A stretch of 64,000 nt of DNA. Origin: an uncultured Candidatus Binatia bacterium. GTDB taxonomy: Bacteria; Desulfobacterota; Binatia; UBA9968; CAXXLF01. Position 1 is the stretch's first letter, and every line of letters begins with the position of its first letter. The notes beneath the pieces are model-generated. The model was not told the origin of the DNA, made no database searches, and saw only the letters and a list, made by a program, of their open reading frames with translations. Position numbers and translations under genes: made by a program. Positions 36,121 through 46,307 of the stretch are shown in pieces. Location: positions 1,120,001-1,184,000 of the forward strand of contig OZ244621.1 of assembly GCA_965218425.1 (NCBI GenBank). The letters are read 5' to 3'.

Positions 36121-36900
36121 TTAAGTTTTTCTCAAACTCTTGAACAGCAGCACATTGAAGATGATAAAAAGCGTTTCATGGCTGATTTGACCAAGCAACT
36201 CAACGGCCTTTGCCCACTCCGGTTTTGGTTGCACGAATCCAATCATCGAATCGCCCAACAGCACACCCACGAGCAATATGATCAACAATAGAGGTATCGA
36301 AATAATCAGGAAAAACAACACGCCGAATCCAAATACATAAATAAAAATATTCTTACCTTGCGTAAGAGCCCTGCTGGTGGAAAGTGCGGACGTCCCGCTC
36401 GTACCTTCGATAATCACCGCATAGGGAGCCAGTATGTAAATCACACTCCAAATAATTCCCGGTATGATAAAAAGGAAAAGGCCACCCAGGACAATGAGGG
36501 AATAGAGTATCCATGTCCACACATAGGGTACCAACAACCTGAGGGACATTAGATAACTTTCCACCACATCGATGGCCTCCCCATCAGAAGCCCTGTGGGC
36601 GGCCACGGTTATGGCAATGGTTGTGAGAGTCAAAGCGAAACCACGGATGACCAGAGTTGCAGCTTCCGGTAGCAAGCCCGCACCCAGTTCAAGCCCCTGA
36701 TCCAGCACTGCGTAGATGGCGAAGAGAAGCAAAAACGTCTGCCACGCCACCCCATAGGTTCTCCAGCTATTTAGGAAGAACTCCTGGACTCCCATGTTGG
36801 CGAAGGAACGATAAATAGGCTTTGTACGAGTTAAATCGTAACCGCAGATACAGCGGGAGGCATCTTCAGTATTCACCGTTCCACAGGCTGGACACTTCAT
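36121..36900 (-). CDS. zinc-ribbon-containing integral membrane protein
   Basis: N-terminal CPACG..CICG, then several TM helices with LFIIPGI..APY..ALSTSRAL pattern. Confidence 0.75.
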   Translation of the reverse strand: MKCPACGTVNTEDASRCICGYDLTRTKPIYRSFANMGVQEFFLNSWRTYGVAWQTFLLLFAIYAVLDQGLELGAGLLPEAATLVIRGFALTLTTIAITVAAHRASDGEAIDVVESYLMSLRLLVPYVWTWILYSLIVLGGLFLFIIPGIIWSVIYILAPYAVIIEGTSGTSALSTSRALTQGKNIFIYVFGFGVLFFLIISIPLLLIILLVGVLLGDSMIGFVQPKPEWAKAVELLGQISHETLFIIFNVLLFKSLRKT

Positions 36901-36936
36901 GGCATTGATGGATCCGAATATTGTTGTTGATGAAGG

Positions 36937-37230
36937 CTAGAGCCTTTCCGACCAAAGAAATACGCAACCCTCAGGTCCGGCGATGGCTGAATGCTCCACG
37001 TTGCCTGGTATGACGAACCGGTCACCCTTGCGACACTCATAGGAAATTTCACCCACGTTCACTGTCATCTCACCCTGAAGAAAAACCAGGAGTTTTGTCT
37101 CGGGATGACGATGAGGAGCGTAAACGCAACCGGGGGAGGCGGTAATGCAAAGTGGGTGAAACCCTTCCCCTCGAACCTCCTCAGAAATCAGACCCCGATC
37201 AATTCTTTTGTAGTAGTTGGGTTGATACAT
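36937..37230 (-). CDS. small cupin domain protein
   Basis: PHRH..GEM..GDRFVIPGNVEH cupin motifs. Confidence 0.85.
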   Translation of the reverse strand: MYQPNYYKRIDRGLISEEVRGEGFHPLCITASPGCVYAPHRHPETKLLVFLQGEMTVNVGEISYECRKGDRFVIPGNVEHSAIAGPEGCVFLWSERL

Positions 37231-37671
37231 GGCAACTGATTCTAGTTTATCGACTTATTCGATTCAACGTTGAGTCAACAACCCGTGAGTTTGTGGGAGC
37301 TGCCTTTTGACCAATTCGATATATTAACTTCATTATCATCACTGACAAAAACTCCTGTTACGGCACAACCCCAAGGTACGATGAAATTAACTTGTACGCT
37401 GAAAACCGTCAGCGAAAAGAAGATGAAGGACCGTTCAATGCATCAACAAACGACAGATCCCTTTGCACAACGGTTAATCCGGTTGGAGCGGTTGAAGTAA
37501 AAAGCGACTGATGCTCAAAAGGCAAAAAAACCTGCGGAATCTCTCGGGTCCTATTTTACGATACGGGAACGTCTTTTGGAGCATACCCTGACGGCATAGC
37601 GCCCAGAGAAGCGAGCGGCAAGCAGTTGGCAGCAAGCAGCGGAGACAGTGTCGGGTGTTCAGCAGTCAATT

Positions 37672-37789
37672 TAGGGTGTAGAGAGTCGGGTATAGAGTCT
37701 GAATTTCTCCCCCTCCTACCCCTACACGCTCAACCCTTCACTCTCTCTTATTTCCCACTCAGTCCTCAGTACTCGTAACTCAGTACTGA
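37672..37789. repeat. dispersed intergenic repeat built from about 7-nt units (copies at 224-259, 5034-5152, 31359-31380, 33424-33480, 42363-42470)
   Basis: 37754-37789 is 35/36 identical to the reverse complement of 224-259; the whole unit is colinear with 5034-5152. Confidence 0.8.
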
Positions 37790-37804
37790 GAGCGCGAAGT
37801 TTTC

Positions 37805-38605
37805 TCAGAAGTGACCCAGTTCCTGAGCGTGTTTGTATATCCCATCATGAAATAGTCCAACATAGTCGGCATTGGTGAGGCAGGAGTACTCAGGGCTCCA
37901 GCCGGGACGGGTCCACACCAGGCCATCCTGTAGCATCGTCTGAAACACGATTTGGGCCACCTGACCATGAGCCATCAAGTCATCCCCATGATCATGGAGG
38001 TCTGCCTCTTCGTGGACCTGAAAATAGTGGAGTTCTGCATCTTTGTACTTGTATTGGTTCAGCAGGGCCGCACGCCACTGTTTCGACCAGTGACCGAACA
38101 TTTCCTCGTTGAGGGAGCGGGCCCACCACTCGATCATAGTGCCTTCGTACACAAGTCCCCTGGCATATTCCGTAAGGGCGCGGCACTCGGGATAGACCTG
38201 ACAGTTGACCATCTCCTCTCGGGTCAAACCAAAGGTCACACCCTGTTCGAGCAATACCTGAATATGTCCTGGGATTTTGGGATTCACCAGCTCATCACTG
38301 ATTTTACCAACGTAGGGACCCAACAGCTCCGGATGACGGGTAAAAAACCCCATGTGCCGCTGGTAGATGATCAGATGAAAATTGTTAATTTCCACTGGAT
38401 AACTATAATAATGCCGCCAAAATAGCTGGAGTGTTTTCTTGGGAAGCTTCCCGGCTCTTAAATCCCGCATGAACGGACCGTCAAAAACCTTCTCCTTCCA
38501 TCGCGTACGCATCTTTTCACAGATCTCAGCGGTGTAGGCCTGAGCCTGCTCGCGGCTATATTGCTGAGCCTGGCCTACCATTGATGATTCTGCCTGCAGT
38601 CCCAT
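37805..38605 (-). CDS. heme-oxygenase-like (CADD/PqqC/TenA fold) putative diiron enzyme
   Basis: PFMRDLRAGKLPK N-terminus; DEL..GH, NEE, YFQVHEEAD..H candidate metal ligands. Confidence 0.75.
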   Translation of the reverse strand: MGLQAESSMVGQAQQYSREQAQAYTAEICEKMRTRWKEKVFDGPFMRDLRAGKLPKKTLQLFWRHYYSYPVEINNFHLIIYQRHMGFFTRHPELLGPYVGKISDELVNPKIPGHIQVLLEQGVTFGLTREEMVNCQVYPECRALTEYARGLVYEGTMIEWWARSLNEEMFGHWSKQWRAALLNQYKYKDAELHYFQVHEEADLHDHGDDLMAHGQVAQIVFQTMLQDGLVWTRPGWSPEYSCLTNADYVGLFHDGIYKHAQELGHF

Positions 38606-38656
38606 GTTTTTCCTCCCTCGACGATTAACAAACGCTTGTCATTAAACTAGAGCAGG

Positions 38657-39577
38657 CTACGGTAGAGCCAAAGAGACTCCAGTTTCCTGCAGCCCGTTTT
38701 TCAGCTCCGATCTTTCCTGTTCCGTGAACGGGAGACACTCCCACCGGGGAAAGCGTTTTACGGGAAGACCCCTGAGGCGCATGACCTCACAAAAAGTCCT
38801 GCGTCCATGGGCGCCCAGGTATCGCCCCATGACCTGCAAAACCGCCGCGATCTGGTCGTGGACCTTCCTTGCATCGTCATTGCGGCCCTCTTTTAGGGCA
38901 CGCCACATTTTCACGCACAGGTCGGGAAACGGCGTCGTCGGCGGATGAATGGCCCCCCGGGCCCCAAGTTCATAACCAGAGAAAAGCGATAAGATAGAAC
39001 CTGGAAATACACCGATAGAAGGAGGGAGCTTGAAAAGATACCCCAAAAGGGCATCGAAGGTCAAAAACGACACCTTGATGCCGGCTAGGGACGACTCGGG
39101 AGAGATGGCTTCCTGAATCTTCAGGGCCTTTTCCGGTGTGACATGAACCCGGGTCGTTTCAGTGTTGTCATAAATAAATAGTGGAACTCCGGGCACGGCT
39201 TGCGCAACCTTTTTATAATGAGCGATCACCTCATAGTCGTTGTGAGGATAATAGTAGGGTGTAATGAGTGCCAGGGCATCCACACCAAGTCCAGCACCGT
39301 GGCGGGCCAACTCGATGGAGGAGTAGGTGTTGGCCGTACCCACTTGAAGAACGATGGGCACCCTGCCGTTCACCCGCTTTACCAGCCGCTCGCCGAGTCG
39401 TTTGCGTTCGTCAAGCTCCATAACCATCCCCTGGCCATGGGTTCCCAGGGCGAAAAAACCCTGAACACCGCAAGCCAGGTTAAAATCGATCAGAGCATCC
39501 GTACCTGCCTCATCGATACTGCCGTCGTCGTTAAAGGCGGTAGCCATCGGGATAAGAATCCCTTCAATATCTCCCAT
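38657..39577 (-). CDS. DHDPS/NAL family class I aldolase (not canonical DapA)
   Basis: LGTHGQG, PYYY, FIYD, AGIKVS Schiff-base Lys. Confidence 0.88.
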   Translation of the reverse strand: MGDIEGILIPMATAFNDDGSIDEAGTDALIDFNLACGVQGFFALGTHGQGMVMELDERKRLGERLVKRVNGRVPIVLQVGTANTYSSIELARHGAGLGVDALALITPYYYPHNDYEVIAHYKKVAQAVPGVPLFIYDNTETTRVHVTPEKALKIQEAISPESSLAGIKVSFLTFDALLGYLFKLPPSIGVFPGSILSLFSGYELGARGAIHPPTTPFPDLCVKMWRALKEGRNDDARKVHDQIAAVLQVMGRYLGAHGRRTFCEVMRLRGLPVKRFPRWECLPFTEQERSELKNGLQETGVSLALP

Positions 39578-39867
39578 GAAAAACCCCTCTCTGCCGGTAA
39601 AGTACTTTTATGTAGCTCTTATATTCATACAACGGCACTGTCAACCCCGATCCGACCAAACTCGAGACCGACATACGAAGGGCCCGACCCAAGCATCCGT
39701 ATGGAATCCATTTAACCGCTTACACAAACGCAAGTACTTCGGATCGGGGTCAAGTGAAGTTAAACATCGCACCTTGACAGCATAACTCCCGGTTAGTTAT
39801 GGTCCGATGCGAGCACAGAGACATCTCTAAGGACCGAAGAACTCTTTAATCCCTTTTGAGAGGCAAT

Positions 39868-41469
39868 ATGGCTTACTATCGTGATCTCAGAAACTGGCTG
39901 GAAACCCTTGAATCCCATGGATACCTTAACCGTATTTCCACATCCATCAACAAGGACTCTGAAATGCACCCTCTGGTGCGACTGCAGTTCCGTGGGCTGC
40001 CGGCAGATCAATGGAAGGGGTGGTTATTCGAAAAAGTCACCGATGCCTCGGCCAGAACCTATGACATCCCCGTGGCCCTGGCGGTGATGGCTCCCAACCG
40101 GTCCGTCTACGCGCTTGGCATGGGAGTCAATACGGCGCAGGAAATAGCCGGCAAGTGGACACAAGCCTTGGCCCACCCCATTCCTCCCCGGATGGTTTCC
40201 TCGGCCTCCTGTCAGGAGGTGGTCTACGAAGGGAAAACACTGGATGAGGCTGGCGGTGTCGGTATACTTCCTGTGCCCATCTCCACCCCAGGTTACGATT
40301 CCGCACCGTTCCTCAGCTCCGGCCACTGGGTAACCAATGATCCCGAAACGGGGGATAGTAACTTTGGCACCTACCGCGGCCAGATAAAGAGCCCCACGCG
40401 AATCGGGTTGTTTTCGTTTCCCTACCAAGACATCAGCCGGCACTGGACCAAAGCTCAAGCCATGGGTAAACCCCTGGAGGCAGCCATAGTCATTGGCTGC
40501 ACACCCAACCTCTCCTATTGCTCCACTTCCCGTCTCACCGTGCCTGAGTACACCGTGGCAGGAGCCATCGCGGGGGCGCCGGTGGAGCTGGTGCGCTGCA
40601 AGACCGTTGATGTACTGGTGCCTGCCAATAGCGAAATAGTGATCGAGGGCATTATCCCTACGGATCAACTGGAGCCTGAGGGGTGCTTCGGTGAGTTTAC
40701 GGGCTACATGGCGCACCGCGAAGCGGACAAGTTCATGAACGTCACTTGCATTACCCATAGACGAGCACCCATCTTTCAGGCCTTCCTGAGCCAGTTCCCC
40801 CCCAGTGAATCCAGCGTGCTCCGGGGCATAGGGCTGGAGAGCGTCATCACGAAGCTGCTCACGGTTGAGCACAGCATCAAAGGGATCCTGGAAGTGGCAC
40901 TGCCGGATGCTGCGGGCAGCCACGGGGTCTGTGTCATCAGGATGAACACCAAAGAAAAGACCCTCAAACCAATGGAAGCGTTACGCGTGGTGGCCGAAAT
41001 GCCCAGGGCTGCGCCAAAGATCGTTATAGCAGTGGACGAAGACGTTGACCCGCGCGACGCCGAAGCAGTCAATTGGGCCATGTCCTACCGGATGCAGCCC
41101 TATCGGGATATCGAGATCCGCGAGACCGCTTTGTCCCTGGGACTGGACTTTTCCATAGCCCCTCCTGATTCCCGAAGAGATGTGGCTTCCATGAAGAGCT
41201 CCGCCATCCTGATCGACGCCACATGCAAGTGGGCCTATCCTCCTACCTCCCTTCCCCAGAGACCGTTTATGGAGAAGGCACAGTCCATCTGGGAGGAGAT
41301 GGGACTCCCTGAGCTCAAGCTTAAAAGCCCATGGTTCGGCGTTAACCTGGGGAGCTGGAGCCAGGAGGACATAGAGGATGCCCAACGGGCCCTCAAAGGA
41401 GAACATTACGCAACCGGGAAAATTAGAGAAGGACAACGGATAAATTTAAAAAAGCCGGAAAAGAAGTAG
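39868..41469 (+). CDS. UbiD family prFMN-dependent (de)carboxylase
   Basis: YYRDLRNWL, NFGTYR, EIVIEG, EGCFGEFTGY, VDEDVDP, IDAT. Confidence 0.93.
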   Translation: MAYYRDLRNWLETLESHGYLNRISTSINKDSEMHPLVRLQFRGLPADQWKGWLFEKVTDASARTYDIPVALAVMAPNRSVYALGMGVNTAQEIAGKWTQALAHPIPPRMVSSASCQEVVYEGKTLDEAGGVGILPVPISTPGYDSAPFLSSGHWVTNDPETGDSNFGTYRGQIKSPTRIGLFSFPYQDISRHWTKAQAMGKPLEAAIVIGCTPNLSYCSTSRLTVPEYTVAGAIAGAPVELVRCKTVDVLVPANSEIVIEGIIPTDQLEPEGCFGEFTGYMAHREADKFMNVTCITHRRAPIFQAFLSQFPPSESSVLRGIGLESVITKLLTVEHSIKGILEVALPDAAGSHGVCVIRMNTKEKTLKPMEALRVVAEMPRAAPKIVIAVDEDVDPRDAEAVNWAMSYRMQPYRDIEIRETALSLGLDFSIAPPDSRRDVASMKSSAILIDATCKWAYPPTSLPQRPFMEKAQSIWEEMGLPELKLKSPWFGVNLGSWSQEDIEDAQRALKGEHYATGKIREGQRINLKKPEKK

Positions 41470-41502
41470 TCCCGGTTTTCCTATTTCGAACTTTAGATTC
41501 CT

Positions 41503-42189
41503 TCAGTCCACCCGCGGAAGCGGATCTTTTAAACCGGCCCCGGCAAACCCTTTTTTCCTGAGCAGACAGGAGTCGCAGGAACCGCAGGGGGTGCCCTCAG
41601 GGGAAGCCTCGTAACAAGACCAGGTTAAACCGAAATCAACTCCAAGGGCATTCCCCTGCCTAATAATTTCTGCCTTGGTCATCTGTATCAAGGGCGTGTG
41701 AACCCTGAATTTGCCGTTCCCTTCCACCCCGGCTTTCGTTGCCAGGTTCGCCATCCGCTCAAATGCGTCCACATACTCGCGCCGGCAGTCGGGATAGCCT
41801 GAATAGTCGTAGACGTTGGCACCGAAAAAAAGGTCATTGGCGCCTAGCACTTCCGCCCAACCCAGGGCATGGGAGAGAAAAATGGTGTTCCGTGCCGGAA
41901 CGTACGTCACCGGGATCCCCGAACCGATCTCCTCGGAGGTTCGTCCTTTGGGCACGGGAATATCGGCCGTTAGGGCCGATCCTCCAATGAGACCGAGATC
42001 AAGGTTTAGAATAAGGTGCTCCACGGCCCCTTGGGAGACGGCTATCTTTTTTGCCGATTCCAGTTCTCGAAAGTGGCGCTGTCCGTAGTCGAAGGAAAGA
42101 GCATGGCAGGTATAGCCATCTCTTTTTGCAATGGCGAGGGTCGTGGCGGAATCCAGCCCCCCTGACAGCAAATCGACTGCCTTCGTCAT
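41503..42189 (-). CDS. queC: 7-cyano-7-deazaguanine synthase
   Basis: SGGLDS, YGQRH, TYVPARN, SGYPDCR, TWSCY..CGSCDSC. Confidence 0.96.
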   Translation of the reverse strand: MTKAVDLLSGGLDSATTLAIAKRDGYTCHALSFDYGQRHFRELESAKKIAVSQGAVEHLILNLDLGLIGGSALTADIPVPKGRTSEEIGSGIPVTYVPARNTIFLSHALGWAEVLGANDLFFGANVYDYSGYPDCRREYVDAFERMANLATKAGVEGNGKFRVHTPLIQMTKAEIIRQGNALGVDFGLTWSCYEASPEGTPCGSCDSCLLRKKGFAGAGLKDPLPRVD

Positions 42190-42503
42190 CAAACTCGCCT
42201 TCGTGCGCCCCGGAGCGGAATGTGTAATTGTGAAAAACAACCGCAACCCTGTGGGAAAATCCAGGAACGAATCTAACCCAAGATCCGCCCAGGCCGGTCA
42301 CCCTCTAATAGATCAACCGCAGATTCTCACCGGCTAGGGAACAGCAAAGCGCTCAGAGAAGTGAGCAGTTGGCAGCCCGCAGCAAAGCCGTGGTCGGATG
42401 TCAGCCTGCTTCCTGTCCTACTGCCTGCTCCCATTGCTCAGTCCAGTACTCGTTTCTCGTCACTCACTGGTCGCTGTTCACTCTACCTTAGCGCTGCAAG
42501 ATT

Positions 42504-43541
42504 TCATTTTGGGCGAACCGATTCCAGCTGCGCCTCGCGGATAGCCTTGGCCTTAGCCTCAGTTTTCCTTGCCTCCTCCTCTCGATTGGTTTCCCGCAGA
42601 AGTTCCGCATAGTTCTCCAATCCCGTAGCCAAATAGGGGTGTTCTGCTCCCAGGGACCTTTCCACAATCACCAGCGATCGTCGGTAGAGTGGCTCCGCCT
42701 TGGCATACTGACCCTGGGCCTGGTAGAGCAACGCCAGGTTGTTGAGGTCCGTTGCCACATGGGGATGATTTTTTCCAAGGACCTTTTCATCGATGGCCAA
42801 GGCTCGCCTTTGAAGCAGCTCCGCCTCCTCATACCGTCCTTGATCACGATAGAGTTCCGCAAGGTTATTGAGATCTCTGGCCACATCCGGATGGATTTTT
42901 CCCAGGGCCTTCTCATCGATTTTCAGGGCCCGTTGCAAAAGAGACTCTGCTTCACCGTACTCTTGCAGTGCGAGGTGAAGCATCGCCAGATTATTGAGAC
43001 TCGTGGCCACATGGGGGTGGTCGGGTCCCAGGGCTTTTTCCAAGATCGCCAGGGCTCGCCGGTGCAGCGGCTCCGCCTCATCGTACCTTTCCTGCTCTTG
43101 ATAAAGCGAGGCCAAATTGTTGAGGTTCGTAGCGATATCAGGGTCGTCCGGGCCCAAGGCCTTCTCATCGATGGCAAGAACCCGTTTGTGCAGCGACTCG
43201 GCCTTTACGTACTTGCCCTGAACGTAGTAGAGCATTGCCAGATTGTAGAGACTCGGGACCACTTCCTCGTGTTCCGGGCCAAAGACTTCCTCTCGGATCG
43301 CCAATGCTTTTGTCAATAGAGGTTCGGCCTTGGAATACTTACCCCGCTCATAGTATTCTTGCGCCTTTTTGTTGAAGCTTGCGGCCAAACTCAGATCTTT
43401 GAGACCGTAGGTTTTTTTTTCTTGAGTTTCGGCAGCACTCGCTTGTTGGGTTGCGGACAGGAGCAAGAACAGGGCGGCACTCCCAAAAAGGCAGAATAAA
43501 CCGTCCCTCAAATGCTTATGGCAATTGTTATTTAATTTCAT
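42504..43541 (-). CDS. secreted tetratricopeptide repeat protein (42-aa KLC-type TPRs)
   Basis: Signal peptide; about 6 repeats of EKALGPDHPxVATxLNNLAxLY; 126-bp DNA periodicity. Confidence 0.92.
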   Translation of the reverse strand: MKLNNNCHKHLRDGLFCLFGSAALFLLLSATQQASAAETQEKKTYGLKDLSLAASFNKKAQEYYERGKYSKAEPLLTKALAIREEVFGPEHEEVVPSLYNLAMLYYVQGKYVKAESLHKRVLAIDEKALGPDDPDIATNLNNLASLYQEQERYDEAEPLHRRALAILEKALGPDHPHVATSLNNLAMLHLALQEYGEAESLLQRALKIDEKALGKIHPDVARDLNNLAELYRDQGRYEEAELLQRRALAIDEKVLGKNHPHVATDLNNLALLYQAQGQYAKAEPLYRRSLVIVERSLGAEHPYLATGLENYAELLRETNREEEARKTEAKAKAIREAQLESVRPK

Positions 43542-43908
43542 CTTGCTCCTGGCCCGAGCCGACCAAAGAATTTACCATCAGCATGGTATCACTTTTCTCT
43601 TTGCTTGCGACGGGAGCTTTTCGTCTTCGGACGGGGAGCCCTTTTCTTTGGCGCCGGTTTGTGATTTTAGGTTTTTCGACCTTCCGAGGCCTGCTGATGA
43701 AATCCGGAACCAGCCCAACCTGTTCAGACCCTTTTTTCAATATGACTTTATATAGTCCGCGCCCCTTAATGCCACCGGCTTGCACTTTTAGTAAAGTATG
43801 AACTATGTGTCAATGAAGCCGGCTATTCTCAACCGTTACTCGAAATAGATAAGGTGCGGGGCAAAATGTCATATGACCAAAAAACACCGGATACACTAGA
43901 CGACTCCG

Positions 43909-45243
43909 ATGGACATTGACGGCCCCTCCCCATCCGCCGCCATTCCCCGGGCCTGGCCCTTTAAACATGTTTTCTACGGATGGGCAATCGTCATCGCAGC
44001 CCTGGTGGCTTCCTTTGGATCGGTGCCGGTTTTCGGTCCCGTGCTGGGCGTCTTTATCGTTCCCATGCAGCAGGAGCTGGGCTGGTCCCGGGCCACCATT
44101 TCTCTAGCCTTTACCATAGGGAGCATGACCGGCTCCGTTACCACTTTTATCATTGGTTCCCTCCTTGACCGTTACGGAGCTCGCATAATCGTCGCGTGCA
44201 CAGGGATCATTATCGCGGGGGCAATGCTGGGCCTAGCGGTTATGGATCACCCCTGGCAGTTCTGGCTCTTTTTCGGCATAGGCCGAGGGGCGGCGCTTGC
44301 GGGCATTCAGGTAGGAACCTCAGTGGCCATTGCCAACTGGTTCATCCGAAGACGTGGCAGAGCCATGGCCATTAAAGGAATGGGACTCCGTATCGGGCAG
44401 GCAACGTTTCCCTTGATCATCTTTGCCATCATGGCTGTCTCCACCTGGCGGCACGCCTATGCCGCGCTGGCCGGACTGACCTTTTTGTGCATCGTCGTGC
44501 CCTCCACCCTGTACATTCGGCGACGGCCGGAGGATATGGGCCTTTACCCGGACGGCATGGCTCCCGTTGCTGAATCATCTAACGGAGCTTCGGGCACGTT
44601 GACTCCCACCCAAAGTCGGCAACAGGGCCACGAGGAGTCCTGGACCCTCGCCGAGGCGCGGAGGACCCCTGTATTTTGGATTATCGTGCTGTTCACGCTC
44701 CTTGCTCCCTTCGCCCTGGGATCCCTGAACCTCCACATGGTGGCCAACTTTCAGGACCAGGGGATTTCCGCAGGTGTAGCGGTCAGTATTCTGTCCATCT
44801 TCGCCGCCATCTCTTCATTAACCGTTTTACCCTGGGGTTTCCTAACAGAGCGCGTGCATGTCCGATACGCCTGCATGCTCATGTGTTTGTTTCAGGGGCT
44901 GTCCATTTTCCTGATCATCATGGCGAAGACCGCACCCGTTGCCGTGGCCTTCGGGCTAGCCTTCGGCATTGCCCAGGGAGGCTGGACCGTTATGCAGAAC
45001 CTTGTCTTTACCGACTACTTTGGCCGCCGTCACGCCGGCGCCATCAGAGGATTTGCGTCACCCTTTAGGCTACTGGGACCGTTGGGGCCGGTTTTCACCG
45101 GATATATTCGCGATGCGACGGGAAGTTATATTCTCGCCTTTAAAATACTGGCAGGGGTCTTTATCGCCATGTTTATACTGATGCTCGTTGCCGTCCCTCC
45201 GACAAAGGGTTCCTCCACTGAGGAACAAAACGGCGCCCGATGA
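43909..45243 (+). CDS. MFS transporter (OFA/MCT-like)
   Basis: FYGWAIV, ELGWSRATIS, GSLLDRYGAR, WFIRRRGRA, DYFGRRH. Confidence 0.92.
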   Translation: MDIDGPSPSAAIPRAWPFKHVFYGWAIVIAALVASFGSVPVFGPVLGVFIVPMQQELGWSRATISLAFTIGSMTGSVTTFIIGSLLDRYGARIIVACTGIIIAGAMLGLAVMDHPWQFWLFFGIGRGAALAGIQVGTSVAIANWFIRRRGRAMAIKGMGLRIGQATFPLIIFAIMAVSTWRHAYAALAGLTFLCIVVPSTLYIRRRPEDMGLYPDGMAPVAESSNGASGTLTPTQSRQQGHEESWTLAEARRTPVFWIIVLFTLLAPFALGSLNLHMVANFQDQGISAGVAVSILSIFAAISSLTVLPWGFLTERVHVRYACMLMCLFQGLSIFLIIMAKTAPVAVAFGLAFGIAQGGWTVMQNLVFTDYFGRRHAGAIRGFASPFRLLGPLGPVFTGYIRDATGSYILAFKILAGVFIAMFILMLVAVPPTKGSSTEEQNGAR

Positions 45244-45503
45244 ACGGGTAACCTCCGATACGTGACCCATGGGGGACGATTCAGTCCCCGACGGCAAACC
45301 GTAACATCTTGACCGGAAATAAAATCGACCGAGGGCTTGATGGTTAGCGAGTTATCGATGCACGGTACGGACAACCGTGAACAGCTCGCTGATGCCTGTC
45401 TCGCTCCATCTTAACTCGACCGTGGAGAAACGAGCTTGGCCCATGGCGGATCGTAAGGGATTTGCCGGCAATGATTCCCCGAACCGATCGAGCCGGACCG
45501 GGG

Positions 45504-46298
45504 TTAGAGATTGAAGCGACGAACATAGCTCCGCAGCAAAAACGCCCAGAGTTTCACCGCCATTTCGGCCGCGTAGTTCATTCCCCAATTGGGACGTACT
45601 TCGGTTAGCCCCTCCTCAAACACTCGCCGGAGCAAATAGGCGTTCTCGCTTCGGGTGCCGAAGGCGCCACCCCCATTTTTGTCTTGGCTCAACCGCGCGT
45701 TCAGCTCCCAGTACTGAATGTCTTCCTCACCCAGACCAAATTGTTCGGCAAGCGCTTTGCACCACAGGCGGGCGTAAGGCTCAAAGGCGCTACCAAACTG
45801 ACCGGCCACTACTTCGGCAAAGGTTCCTTCCGAGTGTAATCGGCCAAAAAAAGCCACAAACCTTCTGAGATCCCCAATGGGCTGAGTTTGATTCATCTGT
45901 GCTTCCGCAATACCCAAGGTCAGCACCAATCGGCGAAGCAGCAGTGTGCGACCGCCCGCCTTAGGACGAGTGAGCTCGCAGGAAATCCTCTCGAGGTATT
46001 CCTCTTCTATATCCGTGTGGGCTCGACAGATTTGAATGAAGCGCTTGTAAAGTCGGCTAAAGCTGGCCGCCAGGGGTCTATGCAGGAGATACCAATCGAG
46101 GGTGGCCGCCTGCAGCGCCTCCTTGGGCAGGTCACGGGCCTCTAATCGCTTGGTGAACGGATGATCCAGGATATACGTACTGACAAGGTCATCGGTGAAT
46201 TTCAAAAGGGTCGCGGCCCGCTCCTCCGCTTCGGCCGGCGCCATCCTGACCCTTTGGGGTTGGTTGATCTCTAGTTGACTCAAATCAGGCTGCTCCAA
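45504..46298 (-). CDS. heme-oxygenase-like (TenA/CADD fold) protein lacking most metal ligands
   Basis: HPFTKRL..LPK and ELTRPKAGG align with 37805-38605, but the His/Glu/Asp ligand positions are replaced. Confidence 0.65.
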   Translation of the reverse strand: MEQPDLSQLEINQPQRVRMAPAEAEERAATLLKFTDDLVSTYILDHPFTKRLEARDLPKEALQAATLDWYLLHRPLAASFSRLYKRFIQICRAHTDIEEEYLERISCELTRPKAGGRTLLLRRLVLTLGIAEAQMNQTQPIGDLRRFVAFFGRLHSEGTFAEVVAGQFGSAFEPYARLWCKALAEQFGLGEEDIQYWELNARLSQDKNGGGAFGTRSENAYLLRRVFEEGLTEVRPNWGMNYAAEMAVKLWAFLLRSYVRRFNL

Positions 46299-46307
46299 TG
46301 ACCGGAT

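Noticed and set aside
42190..42360. preQ1 riboswitch upstream of queC
   Set aside because: No GGTTC-loop hairpin with an A-rich tail recognisable
42504..43400. 126-bp periodic DNA as a CRISPR array or non-coding repeat
   Set aside because: Fully explained by 42-aa TPR units
43528..43785. 85-aa basic ORF upstream of the TPR gene
   Set aside because: No recognisable motif; lies in the divergent promoter region
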